Assembly (NCBI GenBank): GCA_019347805.1
Contig: JAHWKR010000002.1
Span: 2,137-66,136, forward strand
From: Methanobacteriota archaeon
Lineage (GTDB): Archaea; Thermoplasmatota; E2; JACPAO01; JAHWKR01
Length of the DNA stretch: 64,000 nt
Direction of reading: 5' to 3'
Numbering within the stretch: position 1 is the first letter of the stretch; every line of letters starts with the position of its first letter. Shown one piece after another: positions 1 to 9,129 of this stretch. A program made the translations under genes and the position numbers. The notes under the pieces are model-generated. The model worked only from the letters and a program-made list of their open reading frames with translations. It was not told the origin of the DNA and ran no database searches.

Positions 1-405
1 GGCGGCGAGGGCCTGGAACTTGACGTCGGCGTCGTAGGCCAAGCGTTGCGCCTTGGCGGGCGAGACGGGGCCTTCGAGGGTGTTCATGAGCCGCACCTTG
101 CCCTCGGGGGTGCGCGTGACGTCCCAGGTGGAGCGGACGCCGCGCTCGTCCTCGATGACGATGCGGTGCGGCGGGTCGACGGTGAGGACGGTGGCGTGGA
201 GGATGTTGCCGCCTTTCGTCAGCATCTCGATCTTGGCGCCCGCCATGCCCTCCTTGGCGGCCTCGATGATCTCCGCTCCTTCGATGCCGGCGGCGTAGAC
301 GGGGATGTAGTTGGGATCGATGAGGACCTCGAAGACACGCTCGGGGTCGCAGTCGATGTCGATGCTCTGCTCGATGCGTGTCAGTTTTGCCGTGCCGGTC
401 ATCAT
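1..405 (-). CDS. SRPBCC (polyketide cyclase/dehydrase-like) family protein, C-terminally truncated by window edge
   Basis: Reverse-strand translation from ATGATG at ~405 gives MMTGTAKLTRIEQSIDIDCDPERVFEVLIDPNYIPVYAAGIEG..., which resembles the downstream SRPBCC paralogs. The ORF runs off the window. Confidence 0.55.
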   Translation of the reverse strand, partial: MMTGTAKLTRIEQSIDIDCDPERVFEVLIDPNYIPVYAAGIEGAEIIEAAKEGMAGAKIEMLTKGGNILHATVLTVDPPHRIVIEDERGVRSTWDVTRTPEGKVRLMNTLEGPVSPAKAQRLAYDADVKFQALAA

Positions 406-534
406 GTGCGGTCCCCGCCTGGAAGAAGATATGTGCCGGGCCACGGAAAAACGTTTGTCATGGCTACGGTGCGCGGCCGACCCGGCTCACGCTCCCCTCG
501 AAGGGCTGACATATCCGCCGTCGTTCCAGGAGGA

Positions 535-930
535 TCAGAGGCGGTTGGTCTGGAAGTTGTTGCGCAACGCGCGCAGTTTGCGGTCGAGTTCGGGACCGAT
601 GAGGCCTTCGTCGATCTCTTCCTCGGTGTCGATCGTGTTGTGCAATCGCACCGCTTTCCCGCGGCTCTGGATGGTCCATCGGATAAGCCGGCCGGTGTCG
701 GTCTTGAACGCGCAGCTCTCGCCACTCGCCGCTTCGATGACCTCGCCCTGCATCTCCTTGTGCTCGTGTGTGTGCAGCGTGAGACGCGTGCCGACGAGAC
801 GTGGCGTGATGCTCGTGATGGCGACGCGTTCGATGTCCGGTGAATAGCGCGGGATGTTGGTGGGGTCCGAGAGCACCTTGTACGCCTTGAACGGACTGGT
901 CTCGACTTCGATGGTGCGCTCGATCTTCAT
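535..930 (-). CDS. SRPBCC family protein (~131 aa)
   Basis: Internal ATG at 930 (MKIERTIEVETSPFKAYKVLSDP...) is preceded by GGAGG. The protein has the typical cyclase/dehydrase START-like N-terminus. The ORF upstream of that ATG has no support. Confidence 0.65.
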   Translation of the reverse strand: MKIERTIEVETSPFKAYKVLSDPTNIPRYSPDIERVAITSITPRLVGTRLTLHTHEHKEMQGEVIEAASGESCAFKTDTGRLIRWTIQSRGKAVRLHNTIDTEEEIDEGLIGPELDRKLRALRNNFQTNRL

Positions 931-1096
931 ATGTTCCTCCCCAATCCTGGCGCCCGTGTGGCGCGAGAACAATGGGCACATCTGAAGAGGTTTCTTAAGC
1001 CTTGCCGAAACGGGTCCACCTCTTACCCGCCAGGTGGGTGGGACGAGGGCCATATGGCAACGGCCCGCGCGGACCAGAGCGGCCGATCTTCGGGGG

Positions 1097-2692
1097 CTAC
1101 TCGACGATCTCCTCGATGATCATGCCCTCGATCTTGTAGGGCCTCAGTTCGGCCGAAAGCGCCACCGCCTCCTGCAGTTTGTGGGCGTGCTCGGCGTAGA
1201 TGGTGAAGACCGGCTGGCCGCTCTTGACCTTCTCGCCGAGCTTGTGGTGGAGGAGGATGCCGGCGCCCTTGTCGCGCGGCGCACCGGCGGCACGGGCCAC
1301 CTTGATGAGCGCCTTGTTGGCGATCGATTCGACATAGCCGGTCTTCGATGCCACCACTTCCGCGGCGTGCTTTCCCGGCATGATGTCGGTCGACTTGATG
1401 TCCTTATTGCCGCCCTGCAGTTCGATGATCTTGAGGAACGTCTTGTGTGCCTGGCCCGATTCGATGGTCTCCCGCGCCATGTCGTAACCGGTCCCTTTCG
1501 GTGTCTTCCCGGCCAGTTCCAAGAGGAGCCCGGCCAGTTCGCACGCTTTTTCCATCAGGTTGCCGGGTACGTTCGTCCCCTCGAGCGCCGCGAGCGCCTC
1601 ACGCGCCTCGAGCGCCGGGCCGATGGCGTAGCCGATGGGTTGTTCACCGAAGGTGATGGCGACACGGATCTTGATGCCGATCTGTTCCCCGACCGCGATG
1701 AAGTCGCGTGCCAAGCGGCGTGCCTTGTCCTCGTCCTCGACCTTGGCGCCTGCGCCGGTCGGGATCTCGATGACGACGACCTGCGCGCCGACCGCCTTCT
1801 TCTTGGCCAAGACCGACGCGATGAGCTGCCCGTGCGGGTCCATCGAGAGCGGGTACTCGACACGGATGATGGCGTCGTCGGCGGGCGCAAGGCGCACACC
1901 GCCACCCCAGCAGAGGGTGCCACCCGCGGTCTCGGCGATGCGTTTGATGTCGCCGGCACCGTGCTCGACCGGGCAGAGTACCTCCATGAAGTCGGCGGTG
2001 CCGCAGGCGCTCGAGATGGCCCGGCTCGAGGTCTTCGGGATGATGCACCCGTGGCTCGCCACGGTCGATACGACGAGCGGGGCGTACTTGTTGCCCGGTA
2101 CGCCGCCGATGCTGTGGATGTCGAGGATCGGTCCCTGGTCGAACTCGATGCTCTCGCCGGTCTCGACCATCGCGTCGATCATGGCGACAATCTCTTTCAA
2201 CGATAGGTCGTGCATGTAGACCGAGACGGCGTAGGCGGTCAGTTCGATGTCCGAGAGTTGTCCGGTGGCGATGTCCTGGATGACGGTGCGGATCTCCTCC
2301 GCGTTCAGCTCGATGCCGTCCATCTTCTTCTTGATGAGCTCGACGCTCTTCGGGCGCGCAGCGGGAAGCACTTCGACGCGCGAGTCCTCACGGATCATGA
2401 TGATGTCGGCGACCTCTTCCGAGACGCCCACTTTCCCGGGCGGGACGAGGCTCGCCGTCGTGTTGACGATGGCGGTGATGCGATGACCGTCGCGCATGTC
2501 GACCACGGCGACGCGGTCGACCGGGTGCAGACCGAGCTCTTCAGCGTCCTTTTGGTTGAGGAACACCTGGGGTGTGCCGAGCGCGATGTCCATCGCGTAG
2601 GGCACGAGCTCGAGCGCGTTGCGGGTCCGGCGGCGGGTCGCCATCGGGTTGTCTGATGTCTTGGAGTCCTTGTCGTTGTTCTTCAAATCCAA
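1097..2692 (-). CDS. AMP phosphorylase (thymidine-phosphorylase family, archaeal AMP salvage)
   Basis: The 531-aa product has an N-terminal extension plus a pyrimidine-nucleoside-phosphorylase core (SIGGVPGNKYAPLVVSTVASHG, GTADFMEVL). The track start is a TTG; an ATG 16 codons downstream (2644) is an alternative start. Confidence 0.85.
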   Translation of the reverse strand: MDLKNNDKDSKTSDNPMATRRRTRNALELVPYAMDIALGTPQVFLNQKDAEELGLHPVDRVAVVDMRDGHRITAIVNTTASLVPPGKVGVSEEVADIIMIREDSRVEVLPAARPKSVELIKKKMDGIELNAEEIRTVIQDIATGQLSDIELTAYAVSVYMHDLSLKEIVAMIDAMVETGESIEFDQGPILDIHSIGGVPGNKYAPLVVSTVASHGCIIPKTSSRAISSACGTADFMEVLCPVEHGAGDIKRIAETAGGTLCWGGGVRLAPADDAIIRVEYPLSMDPHGQLIASVLAKKKAVGAQVVVIEIPTGAGAKVEDEDKARRLARDFIAVGEQIGIKIRVAITFGEQPIGYAIGPALEAREALAALEGTNVPGNLMEKACELAGLLLELAGKTPKGTGYDMARETIESGQAHKTFLKIIELQGGNKDIKSTDIMPGKHAAEVVASKTGYVESIANKALIKVARAAGAPRDKGAGILLHHKLGEKVKSGQPVFTIYAEHAHKLQEAVALSAELRPYKIEGMIIEEIVE

Positions 2693-3633
2693 CCCTCTCG
2701 TGTTCCGAACCGCTCGCGGATGAAGCGTTCGGTGTCGGCAGGGGCCACGGGGCCTTCCTCTGTGATGAAACGGGAGACGAGCGCTGGCGCGGTCCGGTCG
2801 AAGACCGGGTTGCGCACCTGGACGCCCGGGATCTCGACGCCGCTGAGCACCTCGGCCGGGTCGCGTTCCTCGATCTGGGGGTACGTGCCGTCGAGGCTGT
2901 AGGGGGAGAACTTGTGGCTCTCGGCGGCGACCAGGAACGGGATGTCCAGGCTTTTTGCACCGAGCGCCACGGCGCGGGTGCCGACCTTGTTGTAGAGCGC
3001 GCCGTCGGCGGTCACGGTGTCGGCCCCGGTGACCACGACATCGACCTCTTCCATTTCAAGGATGAGGTGAGCGGCGGAATCGACGATGAGCGTCACGTCC
3101 ACGCCCGCCTCGGCAAGGAGTCGTGTCGTGATGTGGCCCTGCCACCAGGGGCGCGTCTCGTCGGCGAACACGCGGATCTTCTTACCAGAGCGGTGCGTGG
3201 CGACCAGGCAGGCGACGGCGAGGCTGGAATGGCAATGGGTGAGCACCGTGCCGCCGTCGGGGATCTCTTCTGACATCCGCTCGGCGATGCGGTCCCGTGC
3301 CGCCTCGGACGCCTCGACATAGCGACGTGCCCGTCCGACCACGGCCGCGCGCAGCCGCGCGTCGTCCTCAGGGAGTCCGTCGAGGGTGAGGTTGACGGCG
3401 TTCCTGAGTGAGACGGCGGTCGGGCGGGCGGCGACCAAGGTGCGGCCGGCAGCGGACAGGCGCTTGCGTGCGTCGTCATCAGATGCGGATTCGGCGACGC
3501 GGGCGAGGCTGAGCGCTGCGGAGCGGCCGATCTTGGCGGCACCCCGGACCTCCATGGTCCGGATGAGCCGCGCCGCCTCTTCTGGCGACGCGGCCTTTTG
3601 CAGTCTCTCTGCCCACGTTTGGTCTTGTACCAT
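2683..3633 (-). CDS. Ribose-1,5-bisphosphate isomerase (eIF-2B alpha/beta/delta family)
   Basis: The 316-aa eIF2B-like fold ends 10 nt inside the AMP phosphorylase ORF, giving the classic paired operon. Confidence 0.85.
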   Translation of the reverse strand: MVQDQTWAERLQKAASPEEAARLIRTMEVRGAAKIGRSAALSLARVAESASDDDARKRLSAAGRTLVAARPTAVSLRNAVNLTLDGLPEDDARLRAAVVGRARRYVEASEAARDRIAERMSEEIPDGGTVLTHCHSSLAVACLVATHRSGKKIRVFADETRPWWQGHITTRLLAEAGVDVTLIVDSAAHLILEMEEVDVVVTGADTVTADGALYNKVGTRAVALGAKSLDIPFLVAAESHKFSPYSLDGTYPQIEERDPAEVLSGVEIPGVQVRNPVFDRTAPALVSRFITEEGPVAPADTERFIRERFGTREGWI

Positions 3634-3707
3634 GGCCTCACAAGGTCCGGACCCTGGGAATCACTCCAGAAGGTACAAGTCGTTTCCCCTACCGGTCGTG
3701 GGGGTCT

Positions 3708-6110
3708 TCATCCCTTGCGGCCGGACGGTGCACGACGTCTGCGGTCACGCCGTCGCGGTTCGGCCGCGGTCCCGGCAGGGGAGGGCCGCTCACGTTTGAC
3801 GGGTCTGCCGCTCCGCAGGTGAGCGCGCTCATGCACCCGCCCCGCCGCGAGGACCGCCTCTTCATCGCACCAAGTGCGGACCTCGGTGAGTTCCCAGCCG
3901 TCGCCGTCGTCGAGGAGGACAAGAAGGACGCCGTAGTGGCGGGCCACTCCGCGCAGCACGCGGCCGATGGCATTGTGAAGCGCGACGCGCGCGGACGGGT
4001 CCGGTGGCGGTGGTGGGAGGTCTTCGGAGGATAGGACGAGCACGTCGGGTCGACGCACGAGCGCGAGGACGACACGGAGCTTCCATCGGTCGAGCGGGGC
4101 GAGGCGGTCGTAGGGGAGCCGGCGTCGGTCCGGCGCCAGCCAGGCGAGGTCTTCGGCACTGCGACGCTGTTTCAGCCCGCTCGGGAGGCCGTGGCGTTCG
4201 GCTTCGTCGCCAAGGAGCAGGTCGGCATCCTTGCGCCCGTCCGCCGGGGTGGGCAGTCCGCTTTGCACGCGGCGGGCGAATAGGACCTGTGTCTCGCGCG
4301 CCGAGACCCCGCCCGTCGCAAGGGTGCCGCCGTAGGGGACACGCGTGGCGAGGACGCGACCAAGGATCCGCACGTCGGCCGCGGGACCGGCGATGCGCAG
4401 GACTTGGGGCCGGACCGCCTTGAGGTCGACACCGGCCAAGTGTGCGTCGCCGCTGCGCGCGGTCACGCCGGAGAGCACGAGGAGACCTTCCGGAGGCGGG
4501 ATGGCGGCAGGTGCGGACGACTGCGGCCTCCGTGTGCCGTAGACGGCGCCGCCGGGTGGACCGAACGTGGCGTCGATGCCATCATCGATCCCCGTCTGGG
4601 CCTGCGATGCGGGACGCGCAAGGCGAAGGAGGCCGACGACGAGGAGCGGAAGGAGGACGAGCGCCAGGACACCGAGGCCCAGCCACAAGAAGGTGCCTCC
4701 GTCCGCTGTGCCGAACCAGCTCTCTTCCGCGGCTCCGCTCTGCGGGGCGCTCTCGGCCGCCTTGCGGGCCGGCGGCGCCTCCAGCACCTTGGTGGATATC
4801 GTGTATTGCCCAAGCATCGGCCCATTGACGAGGAAGGCGACGGCGCCGGTCTCGTCAAGGAGGACCGGGTCGGTGCCCTTGCCGAAGACACTGCTTCCAG
4901 CCGATTTCGCTTCGGGCAGATTGTAGGCGACGGTCCCGCCGTGGTCGCGGACGAGCACACGGAAGAGATCGCGGGATGCGCCGACCTGTTGGATGTCGTC
5001 GATCTCGAGCCGCACGGTCTTGTCGTTCTTGATGTCCTGTTTGTTCTGTCCGGTCGCCCAGAGGAACGTGTGTCCCTCATCCTCACCGACGACCCAGGCG
5101 GTATGCCGTCGTCCGTCGGGTGCGATGAGGACACCGGCGATGGCGCCGTCGAGACGCGCCTCATGTTCGGGGATGAGCATCGGCGGTGGCGTCTTCCCTT
5201 GTTGCATGGCAAGGGAGACGTTCTCGATGTCGATGCGGAAGCGCACGACGAGCCCGTCCGTATAGCCGACGGCGAGGCGGGAGCCGTCCTCGGCGACGGC
5301 GGTGGAGGAGATCGTGACGCCGGGGTTGTACTGGTCGAGCGGGAGGGCGCCGACCGCTTGGAGACCACGGGCGCTGTAGGTGTAGACCTCGCCGTGGCCG
5401 GTCTTGTCCATGGCGGCGAACATCGGGTAAGCCGGGTGGCTGTAGAGGTGCGGGCCGAGTCGGATGTCGGCGCTCGCGACCTTGTTGAAACGTCCGGTGC
5501 TGTTGTCTTCGAACCAGACGGAGATGTCCTGTTCAGCGACGAAGAGGAACTTGCCGTCGGCGCGTATGCGTGCGGTCACGGTGTCCCGCAGTCCGTGGGG
5601 GGCGCCCGCTTCGTCGAACAGGCTCCACATGGGGGTCTTGCGGTCGCGATCGAGGACTTCGAGGTGGCCGTCCTGGAAGTGGATGACCGCCCGGTCGCCG
5701 TCGTGTGTCGGCTTGATGGAGATGACAGCTCCGTGGTGTTCGGCGTGGTAGACCGTCTCGGTGGGGACATTGTCGCCGGCGAGGGCGAGGAAGGCGATGA
5801 CGCCGTTGTCGGTGCCCCCGATGAGGGTCGAGCCGTCGGGTGACAGGGCGAGGGCGGTCCATCCCGTACCGTCCTGGAACCTGGGATTCCATTTGCGGAA
5901 GTCGTCGATGGTCCAGTCGATCTCGTACGGACCTGAATCCACTTCGGCCTTGCTTTCTCCTCGTGCCACCGAGGCGAAGACGGTGCCCGATAGAATGGCA
6001 GCGAGGATGAGGACGAGGATGACCTGGCGCCGGCGGTCGCTGGTCCCGGCGTCGGAAAGACCGCGTGTGGTCCGGCGGTTGCGGTTGCCGGTCCGGCGGT
6101 CTGGAGCCAT
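3708..6110 (-). CDS. Membrane protein with an extracellular beta-propeller-like domain and a C-terminal degenerate ABC-ATPase-like domain
   Basis: Arg-rich N-tail, then TM VILVLILAAILSGTVFA, then ~450 aa of repeated GxxDG/aromatic propeller-like segments. A second TM (FLWLGLGVLALVLLPLLVVGLL) follows, then an ABC-like signature/D-loop (LAPLDRWKLRVVLALVRRPDVLVLSSEDL, VLLVLLDDGDGW). The Walker A position reads GPAADVRI. Start is taken at the ATG near 6110 (the track extends to 6200). GC-rich antisense ORFs overlap it. Confidence 0.5.
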   Translation of the reverse strand: MAPDRRTGNRNRRTTRGLSDAGTSDRRRQVILVLILAAILSGTVFASVARGESKAEVDSGPYEIDWTIDDFRKWNPRFQDGTGWTALALSPDGSTLIGGTDNGVIAFLALAGDNVPTETVYHAEHHGAVISIKPTHDGDRAVIHFQDGHLEVLDRDRKTPMWSLFDEAGAPHGLRDTVTARIRADGKFLFVAEQDISVWFEDNSTGRFNKVASADIRLGPHLYSHPAYPMFAAMDKTGHGEVYTYSARGLQAVGALPLDQYNPGVTISSTAVAEDGSRLAVGYTDGLVVRFRIDIENVSLAMQQGKTPPPMLIPEHEARLDGAIAGVLIAPDGRRHTAWVVGEDEGHTFLWATGQNKQDIKNDKTVRLEIDDIQQVGASRDLFRVLVRDHGGTVAYNLPEAKSAGSSVFGKGTDPVLLDETGAVAFLVNGPMLGQYTISTKVLEAPPARKAAESAPQSGAAEESWFGTADGGTFLWLGLGVLALVLLPLLVVGLLRLARPASQAQTGIDDGIDATFGPPGGAVYGTRRPQSSAPAAIPPPEGLLVLSGVTARSGDAHLAGVDLKAVRPQVLRIAGPAADVRILGRVLATRVPYGGTLATGGVSARETQVLFARRVQSGLPTPADGRKDADLLLGDEAERHGLPSGLKQRRSAEDLAWLAPDRRRLPYDRLAPLDRWKLRVVLALVRRPDVLVLSSEDLPPPPPDPSARVALHNAIGRVLRGVARHYGVLLVLLDDGDGWELTEVRTWCDEEAVLAAGRVHERAHLRSGRPVKRERPSPAGTAAEPRRRDRRRRAPSGRKG

Positions 6111-6313
6111 GGTCGGAGGAGGGAGTGCAGGGTCTCTCTTTTCAACGTTTGTGGCGACGACGTGGAACCGTCTGAAGGTACGGGGCGAGCCGCTGGGCAC
6201 CAGGAGAGACCATCAAGTTTCGTCAAGTCTTCAGTTGGCGTGGGGCGGAAGCACCGACCCCTTGATGCCGAAACGCCCAAATGGTCCCCCTTGTTCGGCC
6301 GCCCCGAGGCCTT

Positions 6314-7231
6314 ATGGTGAAGAAGATCGGATTCGTCGGCTCAGGCGCCATCGGTGCCACCTCGGCATATGCCACGCTGTCGCTCGTCAACGTCGATGAG
6401 ATCGTCATGTACGACATCTTCAAGGGACCCGCCGAGGGCCACGCGATGGACCTTTCCACGAGCGCCATCGCCTTCGGCAAGCGCACCCGCGTCCGTGGGA
6501 CCGACGATTTTTCCGAACTCGCCGGGGCCGACCTCCTCGTCGTCTCCGCCGGATTCCCCCGCAAGCCCGGCATGACGCGGCTCGACCTCCTGGAGAAGAA
6601 CGTCCAGGTCTTGCGCGATGTCGCGACGAAGACGAAAGAGCACTGCCCGGACGCCATCTTCCTCCTCGTCTCGAACCCTGTCGACGTCCTCCTCAGCGTC
6701 TGCCAGGACATCCTCGATTTCCCGCGCGAACGCATCTTCGGAATGTCGAGCCTGCACGACTCCGTCCGCCTCAACGACCTCCTCACCGACGCCGGCATCA
6801 CCGACTCGCAGGCGGTCATCCTCGGCGAGCACGGCGAGACCATGTTCCCGGTGCCGAGCCTCTCGACAGGGACCGGGATCGACGGGGTCGACTGGGACGA
6901 CCTCGAGACGCGCACCCGCGGCCGCGCCATGGAGATCATCGAGCGCAAAGGCGCCACCTCCTGGGCCCCTGGTGCCTGTGTCGCGCGCATGGTGCGGGCC
7001 GTGGTCGATGACACCCACGAAGAGATCCCCGCCTGCTGCCTCCTCGAGGGCGAATACGGCTACAAGGACGTCTCCATCGGCGTCCCGGCCGTCTTCGGCC
7101 GCAAAGGCATGCTCGAGATCAAGGAGTACGACCTCTCCGACGACGAGAAGACCAAGATGAAGAAGACGGTCGAGACCGTGCGCCAAAAGATCGAGGAAGC
7201 GCGCGAACTGAAAACCCAGGCCACCGCCTGA
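6314..7231 (+). CDS. mdh: Malate dehydrogenase (archaeal LDH-like MDH)
   Basis: MVKKIGFVGSGAIGAT Rossmann motif and catalytic-loop pattern. Start is the ATG at 6314 inside the longer track ORF. Confidence 0.9.
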   Translation: MVKKIGFVGSGAIGATSAYATLSLVNVDEIVMYDIFKGPAEGHAMDLSTSAIAFGKRTRVRGTDDFSELAGADLLVVSAGFPRKPGMTRLDLLEKNVQVLRDVATKTKEHCPDAIFLLVSNPVDVLLSVCQDILDFPRERIFGMSSLHDSVRLNDLLTDAGITDSQAVILGEHGETMFPVPSLSTGTGIDGVDWDDLETRTRGRAMEIIERKGATSWAPGACVARMVRAVVDDTHEEIPACCLLEGEYGYKDVSIGVPAVFGRKGMLEIKEYDLSDDEKTKMKKTVETVRQKIEEARELKTQATA

Positions 7232-7335
7232 GGGCGGATCTCCGGTCCGGCATCGGCCCCCGCTTCCAAAGTGCAGGAGCCCCTCGCGACGACAAGGTTC
7301 ATGCGGCTGCACCGCGACCGGTGTCGTCCGGCGTC

Positions 7336-7812
7336 TCAGTACATCTCGAGATAGACGCTGCCGGTGGCACCCGAGAGGCACGTCGCACCCGAGGTCTCAT
7401 CGACATAGGAGGCCTGGATCTCCAAGACGACCTTCTCGTCGTCGCCCACCGGCACCGGCGATTCGAAAGCCGTCGAGGCGCAGCCTTCGTACATCGGGTC
7501 GTGCGTGTCATCGCAGGCGGAGCTGTCGATGGCGCAGTCCGAGGTCTCGCCGCACGTCGTGTCGGTCGTGTCCCGGCCGTCCTGGTGGTCGGTGATGATG
7601 CAGAACGCGTAATACGGGTCGAACGGCACGTCCGGCGAGACGAGGATATAGAACTCCTGGTGCGGATGGTCACCGTCGAGGTCGAACGAGTACCCTTCAA
7701 GGGGGCCATACCGGAGGTCCACCTGGTGAGCCGCTGCAGGTACCGCCGAGGCGGCGAGCGCGAACACGAAGATGACGATCGGGGTCGTTCGAGGGGATCG
7801 GACTCTGTTCAC
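7336..7812 (-). CDS. Small secreted Cys-containing protein, family unknown (paralog of 8422..8898)
   Basis: Signal peptide MNRVRSPRTTPIVIFVFALAASAVPAAA. Shared motifs with its paralog: YGP..GYSFD, TDH.DGR and FVDETSGA.C. Confidence 0.55.
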   Translation of the reverse strand: MNRVRSPRTTPIVIFVFALAASAVPAAAHQVDLRYGPLEGYSFDLDGDHPHQEFYILVSPDVPFDPYYAFCIITDHQDGRDTTDTTCGETSDCAIDSSACDDTHDPMYEGCASTAFESPVPVGDDEKVVLEIQASYVDETSGATCLSGATGSVYLEMY

Positions 7813-8002
7813 CTCCGAGGCGTCACGGGGATATGTGACACTCTATAACGCTGTTCGGGTCGACATATTTAGGCAAGGGAGCGCACCCGACCCGTGCCCT
7901 GACTCAGACGGTCGACAAGTCTTGCTTGCCGCACATGAGATGCGGCTTTCCCCTGTCCGGTTGACGTGGATTTAAGGTGGCGCGCAAGAAAACCAGGAAG
8001 CG

Positions 8003-8224
8003 ATGTCCATGAAGAACCCGGTCCGCATGATGCTCGCCGTGACGCTCCTCGCCTCGTCGGCGCTCGTCGCTGGCTGTTTCTCGAACGGGGGGGACGCCGA
8101 CCATTATACGGCCGAACCCGAACAGACCGCCGAGGCGGAGAGCGCGATCGACATCGAGGTCGAGCCGGTGATGCCCGAAGGTGAGGTCACGGACCATCGT
8201 GATGCCACGGATGCGACGGCATAG
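8003..8224 (+). CDS. Small acidic lipoprotein
   Basis: MSMKNPVRMMLAVTLLASSALVAGC lipobox followed by a very acidic tail. It sits between the two secreted paralogs. Confidence 0.45.
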   Translation: MSMKNPVRMMLAVTLLASSALVAGCFSNGGDADHYTAEPEQTAEAESAIDIEVEPVMPEGEVTDHRDATDATA

Positions 8225-8421
8225 GGCGGTTGACCGGCCGGTCGACCGCGGCCACAGCGCTTATCGGTATTGGGAAGGGTACAGGTAAAGACGATGGAAC
8301 GAGACCCGAGGCTCGTCCTCTGGGCGAGACGGCTCTGCCCGGTCGTCGCGGCGGTCGCGCTCATCGCCCTCTCCGGTTGCACAGGTGGCGGCGGCGGAAG
8401 CCCCTACTAGAGCCGCCCGGC

Positions 8422-8898
8422 CTATGAGAACGTCACGTCGATCGTGCCGTTGACCGAGCCACGGCACATGGCGCCGCTGGTCTCGTCCACGAAGGTGAGG
8501 GTGGGCCGGATGCGGACGCGCAGTAGGTCGCCGAAGACGGATCCGCTCAGATACACACTCCCGCACCCTTGGACGCGATGGTCACTGATGTCGTCCGGGT
8601 CACCGTCAGGGGAGTCCCCACAATGGGTGTCTTCGCCGCGGCCGTCATGATGGTCGGTGAGGACGCAGACGTCGAGGTACGCGGAATCCAGGAAAGGGAG
8701 ACCGTCGTATACGAAGAGATCGTACGATCCGGATCCATCAGGCACGGGTATATCGAATGAATAGCCTCTCACGGGACCATAATCATAGGTCTCGCTGCCG
8801 GCGGAGCCGAGACCCGTCGCGCCGAGTAAGAGAACCGAGGCGATGACGATGTGGTGAGACGTCTGCATGGGGAGCGTGCACCACGACGTGGTCCTCAT
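8422..8898 (-). CDS. Small secreted Cys-containing protein (paralog of 7336..7812)
   Basis: Start taken at ATG ~8898 (MRTTSWCTLPMQTSHHIVIASVLLLGATGLGSAGS), or at 8868. The N-terminal part of the track ORF lies in an AT-rich intergenic region and was rejected. Confidence 0.55.
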   Translation of the reverse strand: MRTTSWCTLPMQTSHHIVIASVLLLGATGLGSAGSETYDYGPVRGYSFDIPVPDGSGSYDLFVYDGLPFLDSAYLDVCVLTDHHDGRGEDTHCGDSPDGDPDDISDHRVQGCGSVYLSGSVFGDLLRVRIRPTLTFVDETSGAMCRGSVNGTIDVTFS

Positions 8899-9031
8899 AG
8901 AAGCCGTTTGAGGATGGAAAATGGGGCTCTCCGAAGGTCGGAACGAGAACGACCGTCCCACCACTCTATTTCTCGATAAGAGTGGAACGTAGCACCAATA
9001 GAAAAAAAGAGATTGCAATGAACCTTGTTTC

Positions 9032-9055
9032 TTGTTAAATTGGAACATTTGTTCC
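9032..9055 (+). promoter_or_regulatory. TATA-like box (TTGTTAAAT) followed by a GGAA-N6-TTCC palindrome (NrpR-operator-like) upstream of amt
   Basis: GGAACATTTGTTCC at 9042-9055 lies in a 160-bp AT-rich gap, ~75 nt upstream of the amt ATG. Confidence 0.4.
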
Positions 9056-9129
9056 GCCACGTTTCCAGGGGGTCAAATCCTGGGACGGCCTACGACGGGT
9101 GTCCGGGTGGACCTGGACAGGAAGAAACG

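Noticed and set aside
4404-5843. 479-aa + strand ORF opposite the propeller/ABC-like protein
   Set aside because: Asp/Gly/Val-rich low-complexity sequence with no TM or domain logic. The minus-strand product has coherent topology.
6341-7381. 346-aa minus-strand ORF
   Set aside because: Antisense to malate dehydrogenase.
8294-8410. 38-codon mini-lipoprotein (signal peptide plus 9 residues)
   Set aside because: Too short to be functional as such. It may be a remnant. Mentioned under the secreted-paralog finding only.
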